Assembly (NCBI RefSeq): GCF_002113885.1
Contig: NW_018408906.1
Coordinates: forward strand, 718,890 to 782,889
Reading direction: 5' to 3'
Length of the DNA: 64,000 nucleotides
Source of the DNA: Mizuhopecten yessoensis
Lineage: Eukaryota
The notes beneath the pieces were generated by a model. It was given only the letters and a program-made list of their open reading frames with translations. It was not told the origin of the DNA and did not search any database. Positions 36,801 to 50,458 of the stretch are shown here, piece by piece. Position 1 is the stretch's first letter; each line of letters begins with the position of its first letter. The position numbers were made by a program, and so were the translations under genes.

Positions 36801-39800
36801 AAACACCTACTTTAGCTTTGACTGGAAGAAATTGGCGTCTTCTGACGCAAAAAATGTATTTGAATACTTGTTTACCAATCATCTATGATACAAAAAATTA
36901 CATACGGAAGACCGGGGCAAGTTCCGCCACCCCTCATATTTTAAGGTCACCTGAGCTTTGCTCAAGTGACCTATTCTAATCGCTTTCCGTCCATCGTCGT
37001 CCGTCGTCTTCCGTCGTGCGTAAACTTTTTACATTTCAACTTCTTCTCAAGAACCAGTTGATGGATATTTTTCAAACTTGGTCAGAATCATTCTTGGTAG
37101 ATGAGGCTACAAAATCGTAAAATTGGGATTCCTACCCCAACCCCTGGGGCCAGGGCGGGGCCCCAAAGGGAAAATTAACCAATATTTCAAAAATCTTCTT
37201 CTCCAGACTCAGAGGTACTACAGTCATTTTCTCTAAATGGAAAGAAAGATCATCAGGGGCTTTACTTAAATTGTAAATTTCAGGACCCCCGAGCTATCCG
37301 TTCTCCCTTGGGGAGGGGGTAAAGTTTACTATAGTTTATATAGGGAAATAACACTTTTGGGTATATTTTGACAACTTTCTGTAGGAAATTATTTTTACTT
37401 GGTGAGAATTATCCTTGGAGGTAGATGGTTTCAAATTGTANNNNNNNNNNNNNNNNNNNNNNNNNNNNNNNNNNNNNNNNNNNNNNNNNNNNNNNNNNNN
37501 NNNNNNNNNNNNNNNNNNNNNNNNNNNNNNNNNNNNNNNNNNNNNNNNNNNNNNNNNNNNNNNNNNNNNNNNNNNNNNNNNNNNNNNNNNNNNNNNNNNN
37601 NNNNNNNNNNNNNNNNNNNNNNNNNNNNNNNNNNNNNNNNNNNNNNNNNNNNNNNNNNNNNNNNNNNNNNNNNNNNNNNNNNNNNNNNNNNNNNNNNNNN
37701 NNNNNNNNNNNNNNNNNNNNNNNNNNNNNNNNNNNNNNNNNNNNNNNNNNNNNNNNNNNNNNNNNNNNNNNNNNNNNNNNNNNNNNNNNNNNNNNNNNNN
37801 NNNNNNNNNNNNNNNNNNNNNNNNNNNNNNNNNNNNNNNNNNNNNNNNNNNNNNNNNNNNNNNNNNNNNNNNNNNNNNNNNNNNNNNNNNNNNNTATATA
37901 TTTTATCCATTTTCAGCAGAAAATTACTCAAACTTAGTCAGAATCATCTTTGGTGAATGAGAGTATTACTTTGTAAAATTGGTATTCCTGCCCCATCCCC
38001 AGGGGCTAGGGCGGGGCCCCAAAGGGAACATTTACCAATATTTTCAAATTCTTATCCATTGATGACATGACAAGTATTGTATTTCACTTAGTTTACATGC
38101 TGATTTCCACATGACATCTAAACAATAAAATAAAGCTACCAGTACCTATGATATAACTCAGGTGACCGCTAAGGCCTTTGGGCCTCTTGTTATTTTTGAG
38201 CTAATATTTACAACTTGAAGGAGCATAGCAGTTAAGTTGGCTAGACAGTCACATGGGAAAATGGTAAGGAATTCAACTCTCATATAAAATTACTAATCAG
38301 GAGAAAGTTACTTTGAGAGGGTAGAAAGAAAATCATGATCTTGCTTCTTTAAAGTTATGTGAACTTTCTGTAAATGGAATACCTACTTTAGTTATGGTCA
38401 AATTATATACATAAAATTAAAGCCAAGCACTTACGACCATATTACTCTCTCTACAAATTTATTGGAATATCAATATTGGGCACAGACATGCACATGCTTT
38501 ATGACGTCATAATTAAGCTGATTCCAACGGGGGCCGAACTTAACTGAATACCTGTCTGAATTTACCCCATGGCGGGGCTCATTTGGCCATCCGATCTTCC
38601 AACAGAAAAAGTTAAATTTTTCAAAAACCGAACGTGCTGCCATACTTACCAGAACAGACTTTAATAAAATTGGTCGAACTTGCCCTGGTCGCCCCTAATT
38701 GTTATGTCGGTTTAAAATCTCATTGATAATAATTATAATAATAGTTTGAGGTTCTTATATACCGCTTTATCACAACCTAGTTCGTAGGTCGTCTCAAAGC
38801 GGTTCACAAATTATTATCGGTGCATAGTTATAGGGCCTTAACAACCAGCCAACAACCAGCCAATATCTTTCTCAACTCCCTGGGGAGAATACAGCCGGTG
38901 CTGCCATTTCGGCACTCACAGCTAGCATTCTACAATTCTAGAACTGCCCAACCACGTACACGTTTACAGCTGAGTAGACTGGAACAAGCATGTAAAGCAT
39001 CTTGATTAAGGATACAATACAGTGCCGTGCCGTGACTCGAACCCCCAACCCTTAGGTCATGACCCTGGCGTTTTACCACTAGAGTACCATGCCTCATAGG
39101 GTTAGGGTTAGGGCTTGTGTTATATTATTCATTAGAGCATATGTTATATTGTTATTCCTCGGCTTGCCGACTTAAAGTTTATCTTACATCTGTTTGAAAT
39201 AACTCATTCTGAGTCGGTAAATATCAGAGATCAACTAAAGCAACGCTCTTTTTAGGCTTTGCCTTTTCATATTATAATGTATAATTATGAACAACTTTAT
39301 AAGAAAAAATTCTGCATAGAAATAACAATGTTTTGATAAATACCTGAACGGAATGTGATGCATTCGTAATGAAAGATTTGGTCAAGTATAGATTATATAT
39401 ATATATGTGGCAGGGTTCAATTGTACATAGGATTAAGGTCGCCTTCTATCTTCGAGCTAGAGGGAATTTCCCTTTAGCTCAGTGGTAGAGCGTCCGACTA
39501 GGAACCTGGAGATCGAGGATTTGATCCCCGGTGGAAGCACACTATTCTCTCACCTGTTACATATATGTGGCAATTAAATGTCAATTGGAAATAAAGATAC
39601 AGATTTTCTAATTATTGCAAAATTACTACTTAGCACTCAGATGCATGCATGTGTATTTGGTGTGACATGTACTGTAAAATAATGTTACATTAATCCTGTG
39701 TAAGACACAACTCAAACTTATGAAAACGCACTACAGTTCATTTAAGATTCTTCATGTTTTGTGACCGTGGATTATTCTACATTACCTTATTAGACTCAAG

Positions 39801-42800
39801 AATTGTATAACTTTATCTAAAAAAGGCTAAAGCCTCCTTATTTCACCCAACTTTTCCTTTTACCATGAGCTCTACTTTATCATTCATCAGCCATTTTGGA
39901 ATTTTTTATTTTGGATGGCCAACTCTGTTCAGGCAATTTACAGAGGATCGTGGAAATTCCTTATCAGTGGTGCAATTCTAGTGATATTCTGGTGATATGA
40001 AATGTGTGCCAGAACATCACCAGAATGTCACCAGAACGTCACCACTAGCGGCAATGTTCTGTGCACTTCTGGCAACATGTTCAGGCAACCTGATTTGTGT
40101 GCCGCGATATCCCCAGCACCACATCTCAGGGACGCTGCAAATTTTTTGTTTCCTTAAGGGGACGGAACTTATGGTTCAATGTGTTTGTTTTTCTTGAAAA
40201 TTGACAAAGAATTTATTGCCTGCATTCATTTTTGCATGTCTCCCATATTTTAGCTCACCTAGCTGCCATGGTGGAGTGTTTATTGCCCGTCCGTTAACTT
40301 TTAAAACGGAACTAGTCCTGAACGGCTTAGTGGATTTTAACTAAATTTGGTCTGGAGGATTGTTAGGCCAAGGGCACTTTATTTTGTATAAACAGTGGGT
40401 GTGGCCCCCCTAGGGGCAGTGAAGAGGGGCCCAATAGGGGAAATAGAGGTAAAACTTTAAAATCCTTCTTCTACTGTAGGAATAAAGGGATTTATCGTAA
40501 TGTAGTCTGAAGCATCCTTGGGCCAAGGGGACTAAATTTTGTATAAACGGTGGGTGTGTCCCCCCTGGGGACAGAGGGGCGGGGCCCAATTGGGGAAATA
40601 GAGGTAAAACCTTTGAAATCCTTCTTCTACCATAGGGAATACGGGACTTTATCCCTATTTTGTCTGATCAAGTTGTCTAGTAGTGCCTGTTACTATTAGG
40701 GTGTATTCATTAAAACAAGATGGCCACCAGGCCGCCATCTTAGGTTTGACATTTGAAGTTTGTATCTCCAGAAAAGAAATACTAGATGGATCTTTCTGAA
40801 ATTTCATATGTACATACAGTACCTACCATGGAGTGCTATATTACCTTATATCAAGTACTTTAAACATAGCCAGGTGAGCGATACAGCCCCTCTGGGCCTC
40901 TTGTTTTTGTTTTTGTGTGACAACTGAACTATTGAAAATGGGTGAACTGATCTGTTAGAGTTATCTGATGAATTTCCGAACTCCTTGTTAGTGAAGCAGA
41001 CGTAAAACCAATCAAACAAACAACTTGAGTGGAATTTGTCAGGAACATTTCTGCAAGTGAGCTTATGCCATGGCGCGGCGTCCGGCGTCAATATTTTACT
41101 TTAAACAACTTCTTTTCAATAACCAAAAGGCCCAGGTTACTGATATTGGGCCTGTAGCATGCTGGGATGAAGGGCTACCAAGTTTGTTCAAATGAGTGAC
41201 CTTGACCCACTTTCAAAGCCACAGGGGTCAAATATATTAAATATTTCAAATTACTTCTTCTCGATAACCAAAAGGCCCAGGGTACTGAAATTGGGCCTGT
41301 ATTGCTATTATGTTAATGTAGTCCCCTTTGTGGTAATTATATCCTGTCTTGTCAATTCTTTCTTTTGAAATGCAAACTTAAAGGAAGAACAGTGAAAGGT
41401 GGCCGGGCTAAATTCAAGAACCAATGAAAAGAGATAGTGATATAGAATATGAATGTCCTGTGAATATGAACAGGACATTCATATTCTATATCACTATCTC
41501 TTTTCATTGGTTCTTGAATTTAGCCCGGCCACCTTTCACTGTTCTAGTTCATTTTGATTGTCGTTTCAGAAAAGGAAATTGTTTTGGTTAGCTTATATAT
41601 AATATAATAATCATAAATACCCATAAACTAGGTTAAGACCAGTTACTGTTGGTCACCTGTTGGTTTGGACTTAATTCATGGCCACAAGTTCAACTACTTA
41701 CCACTTGTTCCTGTATGGATTGGGAGACTGACAAGTCTTAAGTCAGTGTCATGGTACTGAATATATATCCCCAATGTATCGGCACATTACCCATATGCAG
41801 TAACATGTGATGCCAGGGTTCTAAGAACTGGTGAACAAATTGGTACCAATTTGACAAAATCTTGACATGGTTAGATCACAGGGATCAACCTTTGTTCTTC
41901 TTTGATCTTCTTGCATGGTTGTTAACTCTTTCACCACTGTAGGCCATAATAGACTCATCCAGATCAATGTATGGCAGAGTCTACTAAAGTTACCTAGGGG
42001 TGAAAGGGTTAAGGTGGCTGAAATAATTATCATGAGTCCACATTGAGTGTTGCATATAAAATTGCTTTTTTTTCTTCTAAAAGTAGCAATACAAAATTTA
42101 AATCATAATAGAAGTACTCATCAGATTTGAGTGAGAAAGCTGGATAAAAATAATAATGTAAAATATTTCACATTTGACGACCTTCTTTTACAGACATGAC
42201 CAAGCCATCTTTGGACATTGGCAGTGAGAGAAAGCCATCCTCCAGCAGCATTTTTGGTTTATTATTCAAAGTAAGTTTGCAAAGTCATTTTGATTTGAGT
42301 TGAATAGTTTAAAATATCACCAGAAATATTCTTTGATATCTATAGTATGTGTTTTTATGAGGCTAGATATTTTTAAACAATGAAAAGAAAAAAAACAATA
42401 GAAAACATACACGGAAATTTTAAATATGAAATCATGGCAAAGACATGGCAATATGGCATAAACCGACATTTTTTCATAGTAAAATGCATTAATAACGTTT
42501 GTTTTGTGCTATTTACATTGAAAATTTGCCATTTTATTTTTAGAAAAGAATAATTGTTTGTCACATGCATGGCTTTCATTTGTCCATGCTAATTTTCCAA
42601 AAACACCATATTTTGTCTATTTTTGCATAGCAACTCAATTTTGTTGCGATGGTAGGGCATCTACACATGCACCTTGAAATACATTTGCACCAAGTAAGAT
42701 CGCCCTATTTAACTGATATGATGTTTATAACAGAAATTGGTAAATAAATTCAAATTGAAATTTTCACTTTTTATGAGGCCAATTACCCATATTGCCCCAA

Positions 42801-45800
42801 GTCCTTTGGCCTGGAGCATCCTTGGGCAAAGGGGACTCAATTTTGTATAAACAGAGGGTTAATGTCACCCCTGTGGGCAGAGGGGCGGGGCCCAAGAGTG
42901 GTAACATAGTGATATTTAAATCCTATTTCCATACAAATGAAGGGTTTTAAATAAATTTGGTTTTCAGTATTTTCAGGGGTAATAGAACTTTGTATAAACA
43001 GAGGGTATGGCCTTGTAAACATCTACATGTATCTTATAGCTCTGGATATGAACAAATAGAGATATCTTTATACAGTTACCTAACAACTAATTAGAGATTA
43101 AACTCAAATTTTGGTAGGTGCAAGTGATTTTCGAAGAACTTTGCAAAGGGACTATTTCCAGCTATGTTAAATTTCAGTTATGAAGTAGGTCATCTGAAAT
43201 AATTGATGACCTTTTAGAAGTGTCTTATCAAAGAATCAATCAGCCTCCATTCTCAACTTTTGTCTCTTGGATGACCCTGGCTGCTTAGCTTGGCCAGATT
43301 GGTCAAAGAACAGTTACTCAAAATCCATTTGTAATTTGTCCCATTCCTTTCTTCTTCAGTTTTGACCAAAACTACACAAAATACTCTTTTACTGTTTTGG
43401 GTTAAGATGAAGACAGATATCTCTTGTAATGTTCCGCTCTTTTTGGCATTTCCCTGCCTAGTATTTCAAAAACCTTTCATTTTATAGTACAAGCATTGAA
43501 TAAGTTCCAGTGTTCCTTGGTCCTGACCATTTGAGTAGGGAACATATACTTTCACACACTAATTTATTCTCAGAAACATTCTTTGGAGACAAAGTTACAG
43601 CCTTAATAGATGGTACATATATTTATGTTAAAAAAGTGCAGATCATAAGCTTCAGAAAATGTCTTACGGTGGCCAGACGGAGCATAGTTATCTTAAACTC
43701 ATGAGCATAGCTCTACCTGATGGCTGCACTTTGGACACAGTAGGACCATTCTCTGGGAGCCAAAATGATACAAGCATTACAAAAACATCATAGACAAGCT
43801 CACATGGTTGGAGCAAGACGACCATGTAGTCGTTGATTATGGTTTTAGAGACGACCTGCCAATGTAAGAGGCATCTGGTATTAATACCAGTAATTGTACT
43901 CATATCTTTAAAGACTGATCAGAGCAAAACCTGATCTACAGGCTTTTCATGGCTGTCTTAAGCATTGGATATGTTTTAGAACCTCAATTAATATCAAATG
44001 TGCTTCATTGATATAATTGATGAAGTGCTAAAGATTGTGACTGCATGTCTCAATTTGATAATTATATAAGGGGACCAATTTATCAAAGATCACAGGAAAC
44101 TGACAGAAAAGACAAGAGAACTCGAATGAAGGTTCTACTTACAAAAACGAACTGTTTGACTCAGAGGGTGAACACAACAAATTAAAGCTCTCTCCAAGAG
44201 AGCAAAGTTTGAATTCTTAAAGATTATGAAATATGGGTGAATCAGCACTCTCAAGACCTCATCTGTTGTCAGATTTGTTCCAGACACACTAGCCAGACCA
44301 AATATAATGTTAGGATTCAGTACAGCACAACACCAAATGATGATAATCCAATAAAAGATTACTACTGCCAATACCCAGTTGGTCAAAGAGCTATAGGAAT
44401 ATGTGCTCGTACATCAAGTATACATTATTACCTTGGCTATCATAGCAATCTTTGAAATCCAAAACAGTTTCACCCAAGAGCTAAGAAGTTCCGACAAAGC
44501 TTGAAATAAGTTGTTTTCTTGTGAATCTACAATCACTAGCTTGAAAACAATTAAACAGTTGTACCCAAGGGCTAAGAAGTTCCAACAAAGCTTGAAATAA
44601 GTTGTTTTCTTGTGAATCTGCAATCACCAGCTTGAACACAATTAAACTCAAAACCTTGCATCCTTTTTTTCTTCCTTCTTTTTTCCAAGTCTGCCATTCG
44701 AACACATATATCATACTCTTGCATCTTGCAAAACATTATCTGTAAATGTCATGTATGAGCTGTTAATACGGCGTCTAACTTTAATAAATATTTAAAAACA
44801 AAGTAATAAACAAACATGCAATCTCTGAATTCCATTGCTATTGCAAGAAACTTGTCTGGGAATCTGACAACTAATTAGGCAGTAGATTGAATGTTTTGAT
44901 GGCCATCTTGAAATGGAATAAACCAACAAATCTTTTCTAAACATCTTCTCTGTTGATTAAATATTCATGAATTCCATCTAAACTGGAACAAATATGTTCT
45001 TCTTTTCTGTCAGTTTTCAGTCATAATGATTAGACTATACACATAGCCATGAATTTTGATGTATAGACCATAATATGGTCATTTGATCCCTTCTTTGAAT
45101 ATGTTCCACCAAATATTTTGGGTTGATGTTTTTGTGACTGGTAGTTCATGATCTCTGCCTTCTATAATCAAAATATTTTTGGTATACAAAAGCTATAAAA
45201 GATACTTTTATTCTAAGATGAACACATTTTTGTCTGGAAAATATCATTACTTGAGATGGCTGTAGTATATAATCCTTAGTTTTTGTTGCATCAAAAATTA
45301 TCCTTCAATGCGTTATTAGTTTGACAACATTCTTTTGGTAAAAAATATGCTCCTACGAAAAACGAATAAAATACTCATTTGAATTTTAATGGGTGTTTTT
45401 GTTGTGATAAGGTGTTTAGGTCTACACTTCACCAAAAGAAAATTGAAATCAAAGGAGGGGCCATTTTGGAAACACCTCTCCCCCCCCTTTTTGTAATTGT
45501 AATTTAAAAGTACCAATAAGGGTGCGGTACATGTTATATGTTATGAAACAAGAGAATATTAAATTTACTGAAAAGAATTCTCAAAAGTGATTAATTGTTT
45601 GTATAGATTTTGTGTGAATCACTGGAAGTTGATTTTAATTAAATAAAAACTCTACACCTCTGTCAATGAAATTATGTAAGTTTATATCATCTGGTTGTTT
45701 TCAGAGGAGAAAATCCAATGGCTCACGCAAGTTGAAGTTTCCATGTTTTGGATTTGTGTTTTGCACAGTACCACAAGGTATATATGTAATTTGTTTATCT

Positions 45801-48269
45801 TATTGATTTGCAACCATTGCATTTTTATATCTTCATCTTATGTGGAGAACTGGAAAATCTATGTCATAATGTAAATGATGTACTTTCGCATCTTGAAGTC
45901 ACAGGTGTATGAAATGTTAATTAAAGCAGCCTCAGGAGTTCTGTTTCATATTCTTTGATTGCAGCCTGTCATAAACTCGCCTAAATGTGACCATTCAATT
46001 GTCATCTGTTTTCTCCATTTCATTATTTGTATTCTATTTTTGAATTCAGTCTAAATATTGTAAGTATATCCACCGTTTTGGTTTTTTGTTCACTAATATT
46101 GAATGTAATGAAGATATTTATCACAGACAAGGATTTGTGTTTTAAATGCTGTGAGACTTCTGACCATCTTGCCAAAATGTGTAAAGTAAATGTGAGATGT
46201 AAAAATAGCTTGTAAATTGTGTAAGAAATTATGGTTAGCAGTGTATTTAATAGCTGGTATCCTGTCCCTGTGATCTCGTAACCTAGTATTATAGTTTTTC
46301 ATGTAAAATATGTTTCGTTTGTAAAATTCAGGTGTTTGATTCTTGATCAAAACTGTTGTAGATATATACTACATCGTACGAATAGATGATTTAGATCTTC
46401 AATGTCTCCACAGTAGTTACAGTGGGGGCTAGGTACCAATTTCCAAGTGTATAGTAATTTTTACAAGGTGTTATTAGATGAAGCAATTTCCATCTAAATT
46501 CTTTGAGTTTGTTTTCTTGTATTGTGTTGTTTATATGTGCAAATGCGTTACTGATGTGTGTTTTGCTAATGTTGAATAATTTCAAAGAGACAAAAGCTTG
46601 ATAGAACTAAAAAAACCAGCCAGATTTACCACATTCTCTTAGTAAAAATAGTTACTAAGCCAATCAATTTTGAAAAACTTCAGAAAATGTTCAACTTTGA
46701 AAGTCTCTTTAAGATAATAGACCTCTGCAACCTTGAATATAAGTCAAGGTCGTTCATTTGAATAAACTTGGTAGCCCTTCATCCCAGCATGCTACTGGCT
46801 AAATATCATCACCCTATATGCCTTTTGGTTATTTCAGAAGAAGTTGTTTAAAATAAAAAAATGATGCTAGACAGACTGACAGACATTCTCATCAATGACC
46901 TTAACCCATATTCAAGGTCACAGGGGTCAAATGTGTTGAAAACTTTTAAACAGCTTTTTTAAAATAACCAAAAAGCATAGGATGATGATATAATGCCAGT
47001 AGCATGCTCAGATGAAGAGCTATCAACTTTTTTTTAATATAAATGACCTTGACCCACTTTCAAGGTCACATTTGGTGACCTTCAACCTTTAAATGACCTT
47101 ATTCCAATAATCAAGAGGTTAAGGGTGGTGATACTTGGTAAGTTGCATGCTGAGATGAAAGGCTAGAAAGTTTGTCCAACATTAATGACATGTGACCTTG
47201 TTAGACTTTCAAGGTCACAGGGGTCAATGGGTTCACATCTTTTAACAAGTTCTTTTGAATGAATTATAGTCATAGTTTTAAGTTCACTTTTAAGGTTACA
47301 AGTGTGGAATTAATGCCAGATGAGTGATGAAGGCCCATGCATTGGGCATCCTGTTTTACTGTGCACTGCTACCATCCATTGTGCAAATTTAGCTTCTTTA
47401 TGTTTATCTCAGATAGTCATGTCCTGTATTTTAAGGTTCAGACTTTTTTTTTCTGTATACTGCTTGTATACATCGAGCAAATTTCGCTTGAAAATCTTCA
47501 AAAAGATTTTTGATGATAGAGTCTATCATTGGTTGGTTATGTGGAATAGGAAAATTCTACCTGAGGCTGAACCCACATTCTTCACCTGTGGACAGCATTC
47601 CTCTACATTATGGCTAACTCGTTTTTTCCCAACTCTTTCCTGGGAATATGATAAAGTTCAATGCAAATGCAACAGTACATGTATTGTCTAAGTTAACCAA
47701 GAATATATTTGGAAAGAGCTTCGAAAAGTATGGTATACTGTAAAAAAAAAAAAAACAGTGCAAAACCTTGACATCAAGTTTATTGAATAAATGTATATTT
47801 CTGTGAGACAACCTCAAATGCGCAAATGCCTACTCTGCTTTGTTTTAAAAAAAATGTAGCTGCAGAATTGGTCACAAGGTGCCCCTTTGTTGAATCGAGT
47901 AACCTCTCATGGGTTTTCCATATGGGACACGTGTAGCTTGCGTACGTAGAGGTGGGAGAAAATTATTATATATGGTCAGAGATGACTTTCTGTCTTGTGA
48001 GATTTTAGTGTCTATAGATCATAAGTTCGCCTTTGACAAGTTTCTTTTGCTAGTTTGTCTAAACTCCTATTAATGCCAAAACATCCCTCACCACATGACA
48101 GTTTAGTAAGGTTCAAGACAACCATGAACTATTTTCAATTTCAGATGTTGACGAAGATGCTGGTGATTCTGGTTGCAGCTCAAAAATCAATCCTGTCAAA
48201 AAACCTGGATTTCTGAAAAGATTGTTCCCTTGTCTTAGGAGAAGAGGAGCTAGGGTAGCTCCCCTATAA
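33813..48269 (+). CDS. Orphan acidic, low-complexity repeat protein, 464 aa, 4 coding exons, C-terminus ...GFLKRLFPCLRRRGARVAPL
   Basis: join(33813..34932,42194..42270,45705..45777,48145..48269). GT-AG introns with phases 1/0/1 match; 1395 nt is open to TAA. Exon 1 is a >1.1-kb ORF with three ~28-aa repeats (AEREMEKEIHEDEEGHSxKLTATSVVSK). Exon 1 is well supported; linkage of the small exons is inferred. Confidence 0.65.
36939..38191 (+). mobile_element. Non-autonomous Helentron-like element (HINE-type), spans the N gap
   Basis: ttttaaggtcacctgag...(cgtc)n...ctcaggtgaccgctaaggcctttgggcctcttgtt; absent from duplicate copy B. Confidence 0.8.
38725..39095 (-). mobile_element. tRNA-derived SINE with Nin/Deu-like domain and L2-type tail
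   Basis: Minus strand: head tctagtggtaaaacgc...gggggttcgagtc, core ctccccagggagttgag, tail ccgctttgag...gcggtatataag and (att)n; absent from copy B. Confidence 0.75.
39406..39561 (+). mobile_element. Solo LTR with tRNA-like core (Helenus-type)
   Basis: TGTGGCAG...CTGTTACA flanked by TATA/TATA; internal TTAGCTCAGTGGTAGAGCGTCCGACTAG...GATTTGATCCCCGG. Confidence 0.7.
40248..40904 (+). mobile_element. Non-autonomous Helentron-like element (HINE-type)
   Basis: ttttagctcacct...satellite units...caggtgagcgatacagcccctctgggcctcttgtt. Confidence 0.75.
41386..41545. repeat. Perfect palindrome: 76-bp arms, 8-nt loop
   Basis: 41386-41461 is the exact reverse complement of 41470-41545. Confidence 0.95.
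41922..42012 (+). mobile_element. ~85-bp mini-MITE, piggyBac-like ends (copy 4)
   Basis: TTAA-CTCTTTCACC...GGTGAAAGGG-TTAA. Confidence 0.75.
43380..44450 (+). mobile_element. Decayed DDE_Tnp_4-type (ISL2EU/Harbinger group) transposase with C-terminal SWIM-like finger
   Basis: ALIDGTYIYVKK, LPDG..GPF..ND, VVVDYGFRD, SRHTSQTKYNVRIQY...IKDYYCQYPVGQRAIGICARTSSIHYYLG; multiple frameshifts and stops. Confidence 0.75.
46090..46590 (-). mobile_element. L1/Tx1-type LINE 3' remnant
   Basis: IQENKLKEFRWKLLHLITPCK followed by a decayed Cys-containing zinc-finger region. Confidence 0.6.
46720..47300. repeat. ~150-bp satellite units (HINE-type internal repeat), both orientations
   Basis: tgaccttgacccactttcaaggtcacaggggtcaaat...cagtagcatgct.gatgaag units, also seen at 6020-6400 and 41100-41300. 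Confidence 0.7.
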
Positions 48270-49540
48270 CCGAGTTTTAAGTTTTAGGATTTTAACGAGA
48301 GAGTTCTTTGTTGTACTTAGTTCTGGGAAGCATATGTGTGGTTGCCTCTTCTCTTTTTTCTTTTCCAGACACAAGTTGTTTATGGTTTTTGGTGAGGTTC
48401 TCATTGGAGGTGGCAAATAGATGATTTGGATTATTGATTTTGAAGTATAAATTCTATGTTTGAGTCAAGTGCAAAACAATTCATTTTCATTTTAGCATAT
48501 ACTAAATGTGGATTGTTTTGGTAGAAGGAAAATGTTACATTCTTGTGTTTTGATTATTTTTTTTCTAATGATACTTTTCATGCTTGATCAAGTCTGGCAC
48601 AATAATACTTTATTGCTTGAGTGTGGTAGATATTTATTATTTTGCTGGAAGAGAAATGCAACATTTTTTTGATTTTTATGAGAATTGTATTTAAATCTAG
48701 AGCAGTATTATGAATCATATAGCTTAGAGTACAATATTTCAAGGATCTTTGATAATTTCTGAGGATAATATATCATATATGTTTTATTATGGGAATGGTG
48801 GATTTGACTGATATGATTGAAGATTGATACAACAATTTATGATCTTTGATGTAGTACAATAATTCTTTGTCATTGCAGCGTGGTAGGTATAGTATAGAAT
48901 ACATTGCTTTTGGTAGGCGAAACATTCTGCCTGATTTTTTTATGGTCAATATCTTTGATGATTGATTCTATAGAATGTTTTTATCATAGGAACATAGAAT
49001 ATATTATTCATATACCTTTTTTATTGGGCGAGTGCAATATTTAAATGATTTTTATTGATATCAACGAATTACGGCACTTTTTTGTTGGAGCCTTCTAATG
49101 TAATAATTCTTTATCACTGGATACAATGAATGTGGGGTTATATAAGGTTGTAAATCAAATTTCTTCCCTGTACTAACTCGTATATCTGGTATATTTTGAT
49201 ACGTGAAACTAGCTCTAAGTACAGTGACTTCAATAAGCACTATTTATGAATACAGGGGTATCTTTGAGGAATTTTGTAACAGGCGTCGTCACAATTCAAA
49301 CTTGCTGTCATTGGACTGTGGTGTGATTCACTGGGGCACGGTACTTGCCTATTATTATTGTAATATGGTTCTAATTACATACACGAGATAGCAATACTTT
49401 GTGTTAGTTAACTGTTGCACTGTAGTACACACTGGTATTGTCACTGCAGGTCAGTATTATATACTGAAGCTTGGTTAGATTACCTGGGGTGTGATATTGC
49501 AGGTGTATAATATATTATTACAGAATGGTTCTTGTATAAT

Positions 49541-50318
49541 CATCATTGGAGTGTGGTATGCTACACTAAGAACCAGTGGTTGAGGTGTATGCTATATTAG
49601 TGTTCTACTCTTGTTATCATTGGAGTGTGGTATGCTACACTAAGAACCAGTGGTTAAGGTGTATGCTGTATTAGTTTTCTACTCTTGTCATCATTGGAGT
49701 GTGGTATGCTACACTAAGAACCAGAGGTTGAGGTGTATGCTATATTAGTGTTCTACTCTTGTTATCATTGGAGCGTGGTATGCTACACTAAGAACCAGTG
49801 GTTTAGGTGTATGTTATATTAGTTTTCTAGGCTTGTTATCATTGGAGTGTGGTATGATACACTACGAACCAGTGGTTAAGGTGTATGCTGTATTATTTTT
49901 CTACTCTTGTCATCATTGGAGTGAGGTATGCTACACTAAGAACCAGTGGTTGCGGTGTATGCTATATTAGTGTTCTACTCTTGTTATCATTGGAGTGTGG
50001 TATGCTACACTAATAACCAGTGGTTGAGGTGTATGCTATATTAGATTTCTAGTCTTGTTATCATTGGAGTGTGGTATGATACACTACGAACCAGTGGTTA
50101 AGGTGTATGCTGTATTAGTTTTCTCCTCTTGTCATCATTGGAGTGTGGTATGCTTCACTAAGAACCAGTGGTTGAGGTGTATGTTATATTAGTTTTCTAG
50201 TATTGTCATCATTGGAGTGTGGTATGCTACACTAAGAACCAGTGGTTGAGGTGTATGCTATATTATTGAAATAGTTTTTTAGTCTTGTTATCATTGGAGT
50301 GTGGCATGATTCACTAAG
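49541..50318. repeat. Minisatellite, 74-bp unit x ~10.5
   Basis: atcattggagtgtggtatgctacactaagaaccagtggttgaggtgtatgctatattagtgttctactcttgtt, head-to-tail with no spacers. Confidence 0.95.
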
Positions 50319-50354
50319 TCAAGTATTGATGTTCGGTCAATGAATGTGTGCCTC

Positions 50355-50458
50355 CCAGTCATTGATGATGGACAACACTAAACGAAGCCCAGTCATTGAT
50401 GATGGACAAGACTAAACGAAGCCCAGTCATTGATGATGGACATCACTAAACGAAGCCA
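50355..50458. repeat. 34-bp tandem repeat x3
   Basis: cccagtcattgatgatggaca..actaaacgaag x3. Confidence 0.9.

Larger units (their letters stand above)
35590..39340 (+). repeat. Local duplication, copy A (paralogous to 55165-59150)
   Basis: Colinear diverged match, e.g. gctctttaatggtaa..cacatgcg, ttagataaaaactaatatacattct, ggtaaatatcagagatcaac. Both copies share a SINE fragment and a TA-flanked MITE. Confidence 0.85.

Noticed and set aside
37399-37960. Long ORFs in the ORF track
   Set aside because: Artefacts of translating the N gap.
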